Shown here piece after piece: positions 27,756-37,162 of a stretch of DNA of 55,478 nucleotides. The translations under genes were made by a program, and so were the position numbers. The number at the start of each line of letters is the position of its first letter. The first letter of the stretch is position 1. The stretch is from the NCBI GenBank assembly GCA_038136655.1, contig JAYQAE010000001.1:3477-58954 (forward strand). Reading direction: 5' to 3'. The notes beneath the pieces are model-generated. The model made no database searches, had not been told where the DNA came from, and worked only from the letters and a program-made list of their open reading frames with translations. The DNA comes from Ilumatobacteraceae bacterium (GTDB lineage Bacteria; Actinomycetota; Acidimicrobiia; Acidimicrobiales; Ilumatobacteraceae).

Positions 27756-28685
27756 ATGGCCGATCGGGATCCCGACCAGCCCACTGGGTTGCGACGAGTG
27801 CTCTCCATCGTCGACGACGATGGCCCTGACTCGGTGTACCTCGACGGCGATCTCGACCCAGGGGGAGCCCGTCACCGAGTGGTCATCGTGGACGACGCCG
27901 GTGACGGTCAACCGCGAGCGACTCGTTCAGCTGCCGAGACCCGGCTGAGAGCCCGGCGCATCGCGGTCAATCGCCAAGCGGGGCGTCGCCGCCTTCGGCG
28001 TCTTGTCGTCCTTGCCGCCCTGCTGCTCGTAGCGGTCGGCCTGCTCGCCTCCCTCGGCTCCTCGTCGTTCGGGGTGCGCGAGGCTGATGTCCGGGTGTCG
28101 GGCAACGTGTACACCAACCAGGTTGCGCTCCGCGCGGCGATCGATTCGGTGATCGGCACCCCGGTCATCCTCGTTGACACCGAAGCGCTCGAGGCCGAGA
28201 TTGAGGCGATCCCGTGGGTCGACGAGGCGAGCGTTCGCACCGATCTGCCCTACGGGCTGGTGATCGATATCTCCGAGCGAGAGCCGGTGCTCTCCTACCC
28301 GGGCCCCGATGACCTGTTCCGAGTGCTCGACGGGGAAGGACGCGTCCTCGACGTGATCGATGGATGGCCCTTCGAGTACCTCCTCCTCGTCGGGGTGGAG
28401 CCCCCGGCGCTCGCCGCCGGCGAGTTCGCGCCCCCCGGCTACGTCGGCGCGGCGACGCTCGGGCGCACGCTGACGGGCGCGATCCTCGATCGGGTCTCCC
28501 TCATCCAGGTCGATGAGGCGGGCAACGACCTCGTGGTCGTGCTCGATGACGACACCGAGATCCGCTTCGGTGCCGCTCGAGACCTGTTCGCCAAGCTCGT
28601 TCGGCTCGAGACGGTGTACGCGTCGGGGGCCGCCTCCTCGGCTGTGGTGATCGACGTCTCCACCGACGAGGTGACGATCCGCTGA
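27756..28685 (+). CDS. ftsQ: Cell-division protein FtsQ/DivIB (POTRA domain)
   Basis: Position between murB and ftsZ. Cytoplasmic tail, one TM helix (LVVLAALLLVAVGLLASL), then a POTRA-like VRVSGNVYT... segment. Confidence 0.8.
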   Translation: MADRDPDQPTGLRRVLSIVDDDGPDSVYLDGDLDPGGARHRVVIVDDAGDGQPRATRSAAETRLRARRIAVNRQAGRRRLRRLVVLAALLLVAVGLLASLGSSSFGVREADVRVSGNVYTNQVALRAAIDSVIGTPVILVDTEALEAEIEAIPWVDEASVRTDLPYGLVIDISEREPVLSYPGPDDLFRVLDGEGRVLDVIDGWPFEYLLLVGVEPPALAAGEFAPPGYVGAATLGRTLTGAILDRVSLIQVDEAGNDLVVVLDDDTEIRFGAARDLFAKLVRLETVYASGAASSAVVIDVSTDEVTIR

Positions 28686-28835
28686 CCTGCGCTAGCATCC
28701 GTCCAGCCCCGGAGAGGTCCGCGCCAGCGGAGCCGACACGAGAAGATTTATCGCCGGGAACCAAAGACTGATGAGACGACTTCGCGAGAGCAACCCGCTG
28801 ACCATGATGGGTCGCGCGATGGAAGGGACCCTGAG

Positions 28836-29897
28836 ATGAACGGTGCGCCTCAGAACTACCTGGCAGTGATCAAGGTGATCGGTGTCGGTGGCGGCGGAGT
28901 CAACGCCGTGAACCGAATGATCGATGCCGGCCTGCGAGGTGTCGAGTTCATCGCTGTCAACACCGACGCCCAAGCCCTGCTGATGAGCGACGCTGATGTG
29001 AAGCTTGATATCGGTCGCGAGTTGACGAGGGGTCTCGGCGCGGGCAGCGATCCTGAGGTTGGCCGTAGCGCGGCTGAGGCGCATGCCGACGAGATCGCTG
29101 AGATGGTCAAGGGCGCCGACATGGTGTTCATCACCGCGGGTGAGGGCGGTGGCACCGGCACCGGCGCTTCCCCGGTGATCGCTGAGATCGCTCGCGAGGC
29201 CGGAGCACTGACCATCGGTGTGGTCACACGTCCGTTCTCCTTCGAGGGACGTCGCCGCTCGGTGACCGCCGATGCCGGCGTGCAGCGGCTGAAGGAGAAG
29301 GTCGACACGCTGATCGTCATCCCTAACGACCGTTTGCTCTCCGTGGCCAACGAGAAGACGAGTGTGACCGCGGCGTTCAACATCGCCAATGAGGTGCTCC
29401 TCCAAGGCGTCTCGGGTATCACCAACCTGCTGACCATCCCAGGCCTCATCAACACCGACTTCGCCGATGTGAAGATGGTGCTCGCCAACGCCGGGTCGGC
29501 CCTCATGGGCATCGGGGAGGCCTCGGGCGAGGACCGCGCAGTCAGCGCCGCCAAGTCCGCCATCTCCTCGCCGCTCCTCGAGTCGGCCATCGACGGCGCG
29601 CGCGGGGTGCTCCTCAACATCACGGGCCCGTCCAGCATGGGTCTCTTCGAGATGAACGCCGCCGCCGAGATCATTCACGGTGTCGCCCATCCCGATGCGA
29701 ACATCATCTTCGGAACGGTGATCGACGACGAGATCGGCGATTCTCTCCGGATCACCGTGATCGCCGCCGGTTTCGACCGTGTAGAGGCCGCCGCGTCATC
29801 GAGCGAGCGTCCATCCTCGCGTCTCTCCGACCTCTTCGGGCCGGATGGCGACGATGAGGACGACGACGGATTCGACGTCCCCGAATTCCTGCGCTGA
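28836..29897 (+). CDS. ftsZ: Cell-division GTPase FtsZ
   Basis: Motifs [13 protein letters not shown] and [19 protein letters not shown] Shine-Dalgarno sequence upstream. Confidence 0.97.
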   Translation: MNGAPQNYLAVIKVIGVGGGGVNAVNRMIDAGLRGVEFIAVNTDAQALLMSDADVKLDIGRELTRGLGAGSDPEVGRSAAEAHADEIAEMVKGADMVFITAGEGGGTGTGASPVIAEIAREAGALTIGVVTRPFSFEGRRRSVTADAGVQRLKEKVDTLIVIPNDRLLSVANEKTSVTAAFNIANEVLLQGVSGITNLLTIPGLINTDFADVKMVLANAGSALMGIGEASGEDRAVSAAKSAISSPLLESAIDGARGVLLNITGPSSMGLFEMNAAAEIIHGVAHPDANIIFGTVIDDEIGDSLRITVIAAGFDRVEAAASSSERPSSRLSDLFGPDGDDEDDDGFDVPEFLR

Positions 29898-29901
29898 CGT
29901 C

Positions 29902-30573
29902 GTGACCCCCGGTTCCGCGCCGGTTGATCCCGCGGGGGTCGCCGAGCGCCTCCGCGAGGTCAGAGAGCGGATCGCGCTCGCCGGTGGCTCCGACGTCGCC
30001 GTCGTGGCGGTCACCAAGTCATTTTCCGCCGAGGCGGTACTCGCGGCTGTGGCCGCGGGTGCCGACGGCATCGGTGAGAACTACGCCCAGGAACTCGACG
30101 CCAAGGCATCGGCGGTGGCCGAGGCAGCCGCGAGTGGCTGCCCCGTCCATTTCATCGGACAACTGCAGTCCAACAAGGTCCGCGTGGTCGCGCGCCACGC
30201 CCAGGTCATCCAGTCAGTGGACCGACCCTCGCTGCTCACCGAGATCGCGCGGCGCGCCTCGGGACTGTCGGTGATGATCCAGGTGTCGTCGGCCGACGAA
30301 CCCGGCAAGGGGGGCTGCGACCCGGCGGAGGTTCCGGCTCTCGTCGAGAGCGCCCGCCAGATGGGACTCGAGGTGCTTGGGCTCATGTGCGTGGCGCCGA
30401 CCTCGGGTGGGGTGGAGGCGGCGGGCCCGCACTTCGCGATGACGCGCGCACTGGTCGATCATCTCGGTCTCGAGCACTGCTCGATGGGGATGTCGGGTGA
30501 CCTGGAGGCTGCTGTGCGCGAGGGCTCAACCATGGTGCGCATCGGTTCGGCCCTCTTCGGCGCGCGCAGCTGA
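29902..30573 (+). CDS. yggS: YggS-family pyridoxal-phosphate homeostasis protein
   Basis: GTG 29902, just after the ftsZ stop. Motifs AVTKSF, HFIGQLQSNK, SMGMSGD, RIGSALFG. Confidence 0.9.
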   Translation: MTPGSAPVDPAGVAERLREVRERIALAGGSDVAVVAVTKSFSAEAVLAAVAAGADGIGENYAQELDAKASAVAEAAASGCPVHFIGQLQSNKVRVVARHAQVIQSVDRPSLLTEIARRASGLSVMIQVSSADEPGKGGCDPAEVPALVESARQMGLEVLGLMCVAPTSGGVEAAGPHFAMTRALVDHLGLEHCSMGMSGDLEAAVREGSTMVRIGSALFGARS

Positions 30574-30635
30574 GCGAGGGTGCCCGGTCCGCTCGGTGCC
30601 CGTGAACTAGCGTTCGATCCGAGGAGGAGCGCGAC

Positions 30636-31103
30636 ATGTCGGTGTGGAAGAAGACGATGGACTACCTCGGGCTCGGCCCCGACGACGCCTACGACGACTA
30701 CGACGACGTCGAGGATGTCGAGCGCGACGAGTTCGACCTCGAGGACGAGGAAGAGGTGGTGGCGCCGAACCGGCCAGTGTTCCCCTCGCGCGGCGACACC
30801 GGACCTATCCGCCGGCCCAGCAGTGACGATCCCTCGGTCAAGGTGCGCACCGTGCGGCCCTCGGCCCGCAACGCGGATCCGGTGACCGTCCGGCCACGAG
30901 GCTTCGAGCAGGCGCAAGAAGTGGCGGACGCGTTCAAGGTCGGTCAGCCCGTCATCATGAATCTCGAGGGTTCCGATCGCGAGATCGCGCGACGCCTCAT
31001 CGACTTCGCGAGCGGCCTCTGCTACGCGCTCGACGGGACGATGGAGAAGATCGCCAACGGCGTCTACCTGTTGAAGCCGTCGAATCATCCAGGCAGCGCC
31101 TGA
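30636..31103 (+). CDS. sepF: Cell-division protein SepF
   Basis: N-terminus MSVWKKTMDYLGL, an acidic linker, and the conserved core FEQAQEVADAFKVGQPVIMNLEG...ARRLIDFASG. Confidence 0.9.
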   Translation: MSVWKKTMDYLGLGPDDAYDDYDDVEDVERDEFDLEDEEEVVAPNRPVFPSRGDTGPIRRPSSDDPSVKVRTVRPSARNADPVTVRPRGFEQAQEVADAFKVGQPVIMNLEGSDREIARRLIDFASGLCYALDGTMEKIANGVYLLKPSNHPGSA

Positions 31104-31140
31104 GTCGAGTCCCGGGAGCGGGTGTCGAACCCACCGGTAG

Positions 31141-31170
31141 CATTCGGCGGGCCGTAACGACGGCCGAATG
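31141..31170 (+). promoter_or_regulatory. Stable hairpin ending 10 nt before the ileS start (sepF-operon terminator or ileS translation-control element)
   Basis: CATTCGGC (31141-48) pairs perfectly with GCCGAATG (31163-70). An alternative 10-bp fold, CATTC/GGCCG...CGGCC/GAATG, is also possible. No U-tract follows. Confidence 0.3.
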
Positions 31171-31180
31171 AGCGATCAAC

Positions 31181-34100
31181 GTGAAGTACCCCGACGTCCC
31201 CCCACAGCCCGACCTGCCCTCCCTCGAGAGCGAGGTGATCACTGGTTGGGAGCGCGACGACACCTTCCGACGCTCGGTCGCGGCCCGCGACGCAGGCGCC
31301 GACGGGGCCAACGAGTTCGTGTTCTACGACGGCCCACCCTTCGCCAACGGACTCCCTCACTACGGCCATCTGCTCACCGGGTACGTCAAGGACGCGGTGC
31401 CGAGATTCCAGACAATGCGCGGTCGAAGGGTGGAGCGACGATTCGGCTGGGACTGCCATGGCCTGCCGGCCGAGGTGCAGGCCGAAAAGGAGCTCGGTAT
31501 CTCGGGTCACCCTGAGATCTCGGCGTTCGGTATCGACCGGTTCAACGATGCCTGCCGCACCAGCGTGCTGCAGTACACCAACGAGTGGCGCGCCTACGTC
31601 AACCGCCAGGCGCGGTGGGTGGACTTCGACAACGACTACAAGACCCTCGACCTCGACTACATGGAGAGCGTCATGTGGGCCTTCCGTCAACTCTGGGACA
31701 AGGGCCTCATCTATGAGGGGTTCCGGGTTCTGGCGTACTGCTGGCGTTGTGAGACGCCGCTCAGTAATACCGAGACCCGGATGGACGACGTGTACCGCGA
31801 CCGGCAGGATCCCGCTGTCACGGTCTGGTTCCGCCTCGACACCGGCGAGCGGATCCTCGCGTGGACGACGACACCTTGGACGCTGCCCTCCAACCTCGCG
31901 CTCGCGGTAGGGCCAGACATCGAGTACTCCGTCGTCGCGCTCGAAGGGGAGCGGTACATCATCGCCTCCGCCCGACTCGAGGCCTACTCCGCCCAACTCG
32001 AGGGTGGGGAGGTGGTCGCCACCGTGCTCGGCTCCGAACTCGTCGGGCGCACCTATAGCCCGGTGTTCGACTTCCTCGCCGGCACCGACAACGCCTTTCA
32101 GGTGCTCCCGGGTGACTTCGTCACGACCGAGGATGGCACCGGTGTGGTTCACATGGCGCCGGGCTTCGGTGAGGAGGACCAGGCCGCCTGCTCGGCCGCT
32201 GGCATCCCGACGATCTGCCCGATGGACGAGCGCGGTCGCTACACATCAGAGATCTCGCGTTGGGCGGGCACCCATGTCTTCGAGGCGAACCCCGAGGTGA
32301 TCCGCGCGCTCAAGGAGATCGGCGCGCTCGTGCGGCACGACAGTTACGACCACGCCTATCCGCACTGCTGGCGTTGCGCTGAGCCACTGGTCTACCGCGC
32401 AATTTCATCGTGGTTCGTCGAGGTGACCCGGATCCGAGACCGCATGGTCGAGTTGAACGGCGACATCAACTGGGTGCCCTCCCATGTGAAGGAAGGCAGT
32501 TTCGGCAAGTGGCTGGCGAACGCCCGCGACTGGTCGATCTCCCGGAACCGATTCTGGGGATCCCCGATTCCGGTCTGGGTGAGCGACGATCCCGAGTACC
32601 CGCGAACCGACGTGTACGGGTCGATCGCCGAGCTCGAGGCGGATTTCGGCGTCCCCGTCACCGACTTGCATCGCCCTGCCATCGACGACTTGGTGCGTCC
32701 GAACCCCGACGATCCGACGGGTCGGTCGATGATGCGTCGGGTCCCCGAGGTGTTGGACTGCTGGTTTGAGTCTGGGTCAATGCCGTTCGCCCAGGTGCAC
32801 TATCCGTTCGAGAACGCTGAGTGGTTCGAGCATCACTATCCGGGGGACTTCATCGTGGAGTACCTCGGTCAGACGCGCGGCTGGTTCTACACGATGCACG
32901 TTCTGGCCACCGCGCTCTTCGACCGTCCGGCATTCGAGAACTGTGTGAGCCATGGGATCGTGCTCGGGGACGACGGCTCGAAGATGTCGAAGTCGCTTCG
33001 CAACTATCCGGACCCGAACGAGATGTTCGACGCGCACGGCTCGGATGCGATGCGTTGGTATCTGCTGTCCTCGCCGATCCTCAGAGGTCTCGACTTCTCC
33101 GTGTCGGAGACCGGCATCCGCGACACCGTCAGGCGGGTCGTTCTGCCGTTCTGGAACGCCTACTACTTCTTGACGCTCTACGCCCGCGCGGCTGGGCGCG
33201 AGGGTGTGGAGCGCACCGATCAGACCGATGTCCTCGACCGGTACCTGCTCGGCGAGTTGAACCGCCTGGTCTCGGACTCCACCGCGGCGATGGACGCCTA
33301 CGACCTGTACGGGGCGTGCGAGACCGTGGAGCGCTTCCTCGACACGCTGACCAACTGGTACATCCGTCGAAGCCGTGAGCGCTTCTGGGAGGGCGACCAG
33401 GACGCGATCGACACCCTTCACACGGCGATGGTGACGCTCTGTCGGGTGAGCGCGCCGCTGCTCCCGCTCTTGAGCGAGCACATCCACACCGGCCTCACCG
33501 GCGAGGGGAGCGTGCATCTTCTCGACTGGCCGAGCGCCGAGGCCTTCCCGGTCGACTCTGACCTCGCTCGGGGTATGGCGCTCGTGCGCGACGCCTGCTC
33601 GACCCTGCTGTCGCTTCGCAAAGCTGAAGGTCTCCGGGTCCGCCTGCCGCTGGCGTCGGCGACCGTGGCTACCCCGGACGCCGACGTACTCCGCCCTCAT
33701 CTCGGAATCATCCGCGACGAGCTCAACCTGAAGGACATCGTCCTCACCGACGACCTCGCCGCGCATGGGCGCAAAGAGCTCGTTCTCAACCCGAAAGCGC
33801 TCGGTCCGCGGCTCGGAGGAGCCACGCAGGAGGTCATCGTGGCTCACAAGCGCGGGGACTGGTCGGAGACGGCGTCGGGTGTCCGGGTCGGCGAGCACGA
33901 TCTCGAGCCGGGCGAGTTCGATTTCCGGTTGGTGTCGGCGGCCGAGGGAGCGGCAGCGACCCTGCCTCGCGATGGCGGCATCGTCGTGCTCGACACTCGG
34001 GTCACCCCGGAACTGGAGATTGAGGGGGTGGCGCGGGACCTCATCCGCAGAGTCCAGCAGGAGCGCCGAGATGCGGGGCTGGATGTGAGCGATCGGATCA

Positions 34101-34249
34101 GGCTGAGGGTCGGCGGACCCGATGACGTCATCCGTGCCCTCGATGCCCACCGCGACCTGATCGCCGGTGAGACCCTCGCGCTTGACGTGGTGGTGACCGG
34201 TTCAGCGGCCGAGGCCGAGGTCGCCGTGGAGCGGATGTCTGCTGGGTGA
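31181..34249 (+). CDS. ileS: Isoleucine--tRNA ligase (actinobacterial/eukaryote-like type 2)
   Basis: 1022-aa ORF. HIGH-region motif [14 protein letters not shown] and the KMSKS motif. Confidence 0.97.
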   Translation: MKYPDVPPQPDLPSLESEVITGWERDDTFRRSVAARDAGADGANEFVFYDGPPFANGLPHYGHLLTGYVKDAVPRFQTMRGRRVERRFGWDCHGLPAEVQAEKELGISGHPEISAFGIDRFNDACRTSVLQYTNEWRAYVNRQARWVDFDNDYKTLDLDYMESVMWAFRQLWDKGLIYEGFRVLAYCWRCETPLSNTETRMDDVYRDRQDPAVTVWFRLDTGERILAWTTTPWTLPSNLALAVGPDIEYSVVALEGERYIIASARLEAYSAQLEGGEVVATVLGSELVGRTYSPVFDFLAGTDNAFQVLPGDFVTTEDGTGVVHMAPGFGEEDQAACSAAGIPTICPMDERGRYTSEISRWAGTHVFEANPEVIRALKEIGALVRHDSYDHAYPHCWRCAEPLVYRAISSWFVEVTRIRDRMVELNGDINWVPSHVKEGSFGKWLANARDWSISRNRFWGSPIPVWVSDDPEYPRTDVYGSIAELEADFGVPVTDLHRPAIDDLVRPNPDDPTGRSMMRRVPEVLDCWFESGSMPFAQVHYPFENAEWFEHHYPGDFIVEYLGQTRGWFYTMHVLATALFDRPAFENCVSHGIVLGDDGSKMSKSLRNYPDPNEMFDAHGSDAMRWYLLSSPILRGLDFSVSETGIRDTVRRVVLPFWNAYYFLTLYARAAGREGVERTDQTDVLDRYLLGELNRLVSDSTAAMDAYDLYGACETVERFLDTLTNWYIRRSRERFWEGDQDAIDTLHTAMVTLCRVSAPLLPLLSEHIHTGLTGEGSVHLLDWPSAEAFPVDSDLARGMALVRDACSTLLSLRKAEGLRVRLPLASATVATPDADVLRPHLGIIRDELNLKDIVLTDDLAAHGRKELVLNPKALGPRLGGATQEVIVAHKRGDWSETASGVRVGEHDLEPGEFDFRLVSAAEGAAATLPRDGGIVVLDTRVTPELEIEGVARDLIRRVQQERRDAGLDVSDRIRLRVGGPDDVIRALDAHRDLIAGETLALDVVVTGSAAEAEVAVERMSAG

Positions 34250-34310
34250 TCCCCGTGGTCCGCTTGGTGACGGGCGATAGTGTTCCCCGACCAACGACGG
34301 GAGGTCCCCC

Positions 34311-34800
34311 ATGGCCGCGAAGAAGTCAGCCGCGAAGAAATCGGTAGCGAAGAAGGCGGCGCCGAAGAAGGCAGCGCCAACGAAGACGGCAGCGAAGAAG
34401 GCGGCGAAGAAGAAGGCGGCACCGAAGAAGGCCGCGCCAAAGAAGTCCGCGCCAAAGAAGGCTGCCCCAAAGAAGACGGCGCCAAAGAAGACCGCGCCAA
34501 AGAAGGCTGCCCCCAAGAAGTCGGTTGCGAAGAAGGCTGCGCCAAAGAAGTCGGTTGCGAAGCCGGCGCCGAAGAAGGCCGCGCCCAAGAAGACCGCGCC
34601 GAAGAAGGCTGTTGCGAAGCCGGCGCCGAAGAAGGCTGCGCCCAAGAAGACCGCGCCCAAGAAGACCGCGCCCAAGAAGACCGCGCCAAAGAAGGCCGCG
34701 CTAAAAAAGACTGTCGCGAAGCCGGCACCGAAGAAGCCGGAAGCGAAGAAGGTCGCACCGAAGAAGGCCGTTGCCAAGCCGGCACCGCCGAAGAAAGTCG
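34311..34800 (+). repeat. Imperfect tandem 15-nt coding repeats (pentapeptide xAPKK units)
   Basis: Three perfect tandem copies of gcgcccaagaagacc at 34638-34682, flanked by many degenerate copies and a longer unit of about 60 nt. Confidence 0.85.
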
Positions 34801-35228
34801 GTCCCGAATTCCCCAAGCCTCGAGGCACCTCGAAGGATGGAATCGCCTACACCAAGGAGTTCGACGTCCGATTCCTGAAGGCTCAGCGCGCTCTGCTCCT
34901 CGAGGAGCGAGAGCGGCTCGTCGGACAAGCCGATCGCCTTGAGCACGACGCCCAGGAACTCATCGACGAGGCCGAGATGGGCGATGTGCAGTTCGACGAT
35001 GAGGGCGGGGAGGGCGACACCATGGTGGTGGAGCGCGAACGTGATCTCGCGCTGAGCGCCCAGGCCCGCGAAGCCGTTGCTGAGATCGACGCCGCACTCG
35101 AGCGCATCACTTCGGGTCGGTACGGGTTCTCGCTCATCTCCGCGAGACCGATTCCAAGGGAGCGGCTGGAAGCGATTCCCTGGGCGACCGAACTCGTCGA
35201 GGAGAAGGTCGGCGGTATCGGGCGGTGA
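34311..35228 (+). CDS. Lys/Ala/Pro-rich histone-H1/HU-tail-like N-terminal domain fused to a DksA/TraR-like C-terminal domain that lacks the four zinc-finger cysteines
   Basis: ATG with GGGAGG upstream. About 165 residues of (A/T)APKK repeats, then a coiled-coil with acidic tip DEAEMGDVQFDDEGGEGD and the segment GRYGFSLISARPIPRERLEAIPWATELVEEK. Synteny ileS-X-lspA-rluD. Confidence 0.75.
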   Translation: MAAKKSAAKKSVAKKAAPKKAAPTKTAAKKAAKKKAAPKKAAPKKSAPKKAAPKKTAPKKTAPKKAAPKKSVAKKAAPKKSVAKPAPKKAAPKKTAPKKAVAKPAPKKAAPKKTAPKKTAPKKTAPKKAALKKTVAKPAPKKPEAKKVAPKKAVAKPAPPKKVGPEFPKPRGTSKDGIAYTKEFDVRFLKAQRALLLEERERLVGQADRLEHDAQELIDEAEMGDVQFDDEGGEGDTMVVERERDLALSAQAREAVAEIDAALERITSGRYGFSLISARPIPRERLEAIPWATELVEEKVGGIGR

Positions 35229-35719
35229 GCCGAGACGGGCGGGCCGGTCGTCGCCTCGCCCTGCCGATCGGCGCGGCGGTGATCGTCGTCGACCAGGGCA
35301 CCAAAGAATGGGCGCTCGGACGCCTGAGCGGAGGTCGCACCATCGACCTTGTGTGGACCCTGCGCTTCCGCCTCACGTTCAATGAGGGGATGGCCTTCGG
35401 AGCCGGCCAAGGTCTCGGAGTCGTGATCGGGCTTCTTGCCGCGGTGATCATCGCCTTGCTGATCCGCCAGACGGCCCGCGTGATGCCGCCGACTCAAGCC
35501 ATAGCGCTCGGCCTCATCATGGGGGGTGCCGCGGGCAACCTGATCGACCGGCTCCTGCGCGATGACGGACTGCTGAGGGGCGCCGTCGTCGACTTCATCG
35601 ACCTCCAGTGGTTCCCCGTTTTCAACGTGGCCGACGCCGCGATCAACATCGGCGCCATTCTCTTGGTGCTCGCCGTCCTCATGGAGTCGCGGTCCACCGG
35701 CAGCGGGCGGGAGCCATGA
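35225..35719 (+). CDS. lspA: Lipoprotein signal peptidase (signal peptidase II)
   Basis: GTGA overlap with the preceding gene. Motifs FNEGMAFG and VVDFIDLQWFPVFNVADAAI. Confidence 0.9.
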   Translation: MSRDGRAGRRLALPIGAAVIVVDQGTKEWALGRLSGGRTIDLVWTLRFRLTFNEGMAFGAGQGLGVVIGLLAAVIIALLIRQTARVMPPTQAIALGLIMGGAAGNLIDRLLRDDGLLRGAVVDFIDLQWFPVFNVADAAINIGAILLVLAVLMESRSTGSGREP

Positions 35720-36636
35720 TTGAAGAGGACGTGCCTGCGGCGCTCGCCGGGGAGCGCCTCGATCGGATCGTGGCGCTCATGCTCGACGTGTCCCGCTCGG
35801 CCGCTCAGAGCGTCGTCGACTCAGGAGGCGTGTCCGTCGATGGTCACCTCGAGACGACCGGACGCCTTCGGCTCGAGGAGGGGCAGCGGGTGAGCGTCGA
35901 TGAGTCGCGGCTTCCCGCTGCGGATCTGCCCACCGCTGATCCGGCGGTCGAGTTTGGCGTGATCCATGCCGATGACTGGATCATCGTCGTCGACAAACCA
36001 GCGGGTCTGGTGGTGCACCCGGGTGCGGGAAACCCCGACGGGACGCTCGTCAACGGACTCCTCGCCGCATATCCCGATCTGGAAGGGATCGGCGATCCGG
36101 TGAGGCCGGGCATCGTCCATCGTCTCGACGCTGGGAGCACCGGCCTGCTCGTGGTTGCCCGCAGCGAGGCGGCTCGTGAGGCGCTGATCGAGCAGTTCGT
36201 CGACCACTCCGCCGGCCGCACGTATGTCGCGCTGGTATGGGGCCTGCCCGAGGCGCCCCACGGGGTGATCGACGCGCCGATCGGCCGATCGCAGCGCGAT
36301 CCGATGCGGATGGCGGTGGTCGCCGACGGCCGTGACGCCCGTACCGAGTACGAGGTGTTGCAGGCCTACGAGGACCGTGGTCATCCCACCCTGCTCGAGT
36401 GCCGTCTCGAGACTGGGCGCACCCATCAGATCCGCGTTCATCTCTCCTCCATCGGTCACCCGCTGATCGGCGACCCCTGGTACGGGCAGCGTCGTCCGAC
36501 TCTTGGCCTCGATCGTCCGTTCCTACACGCGAGCCGCCTCGAACTGACCCACCCGGGCTCGGGAGAGCGCGTGTCGTTCGAGAGCCCGATTCCCGCCGAC
36601 CTGCGCGGCGTCCTCGACTCGTTGACTCCGGCCTGA
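35716..36636 (+). CDS. rluD: RluA-family 23S rRNA pseudouridine synthase (RluD-like, with S4 domain)
   Basis: ATG 35716 forms an ATGA overlap with lspA. Catalytic motif HRLDAGSTGLLVVA, plus GRTHQIRVH. Confidence 0.9.
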   Translation: MIEEDVPAALAGERLDRIVALMLDVSRSAAQSVVDSGGVSVDGHLETTGRLRLEEGQRVSVDESRLPAADLPTADPAVEFGVIHADDWIIVVDKPAGLVVHPGAGNPDGTLVNGLLAAYPDLEGIGDPVRPGIVHRLDAGSTGLLVVARSEAAREALIEQFVDHSAGRTYVALVWGLPEAPHGVIDAPIGRSQRDPMRMAVVADGRDARTEYEVLQAYEDRGHPTLLECRLETGRTHQIRVHLSSIGHPLIGDPWYGQRRPTLGLDRPFLHASRLELTHPGSGERVSFESPIPADLRGVLDSLTPA

Positions 36637-36643
36637 GGGGGGC

Positions 36644-37090
36644 TCAGTCCGCTGTCGTCGGCCAGGTCGCCGCTCCGCGCGCCATGTCGACGATCGCGGC
36701 CAGGGTGTAGCCCTCGAGGTGTGAGCGCATGGTCTCACCAGCGACCTGCCAGATCGACAAGAGCACGCACTGACCCTCGTGGTCGCAGGCTCCGTCGGCG
36801 TGCGGTTCGCCGAAGTCACCCAGGGTGATCGGACCGTCCACCGCCGACAGAATTTCGCTGAGCCGAATCGCCTCCGGATCGCGGGCGAGCACATAGCCAC
36901 CACCGACCCCGCGCTTCGACCGCACGATCCCGGCTCCCTTCAACGCGAGCAGGATTTGCTCGAGATACGGCTGGGGGAGGGCGGTCCGCTCAGCGATGTC
37001 GCGCACCGAGGTCGGGCACGAGAGGTCATCACGCAGAGCCAAGGACAGCAGGGCCCGACACGCGTAATCACCTCGTGTCGAGACTCGCAC
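36644..37090 (-). CDS. Rrf2-family transcriptional regulator
   Basis: GTG 37090 (MRVSTRGDYACRALLSLA...) and the wHTH segment LPQPYLEQILLALKGAGIVRSKRGVGGGY. Only two clustered Cys (CDHEGQC). Confidence 0.85.
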   Translation of the reverse strand: MRVSTRGDYACRALLSLALRDDLSCPTSVRDIAERTALPQPYLEQILLALKGAGIVRSKRGVGGGYVLARDPEAIRLSEILSAVDGPITLGDFGEPHADGACDHEGQCVLLSIWQVAGETMRSHLEGYTLAAIVDMARGAATWPTTAD

Positions 37091-37096
37091 GAGGCC

Positions 37097-37102
37097 ATCG
37101 TA
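37097..37102 (-). promoter_or_regulatory. -10 hexamer TACGAT (minus strand) placed for a leaderless Rrf2 transcript
   Basis: Minus-strand sequence reads TACGAT-ggcctc-GTG, a 6-nt gap. Confidence 0.4.
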
Positions 37103-37162
37103 GGAGGTCGGCGGCGGTACCGTTGTCACGCGTCGGGATACCTCACCGACCGTGTCCGAGCC

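Noticed and set aside
34311-34800. Possible CRISPR or non-coding satellite array
   Set aside because: The repeats are 15 nt, contiguous without spacers, in frame, and encode xAPKK units of a protein. There are no cas genes.
33844-34828. Ser/Pro-rich (313 aa) and Phe/Gly/Ala-repeat (208 aa) minus-strand ORFs
   Set aside because: They are reverse-complement readings of the AAG/GCC lysine-alanine repeats. The plus-strand frame has an SD, joins a recognisable DksA-like domain, and fits the conserved synteny.
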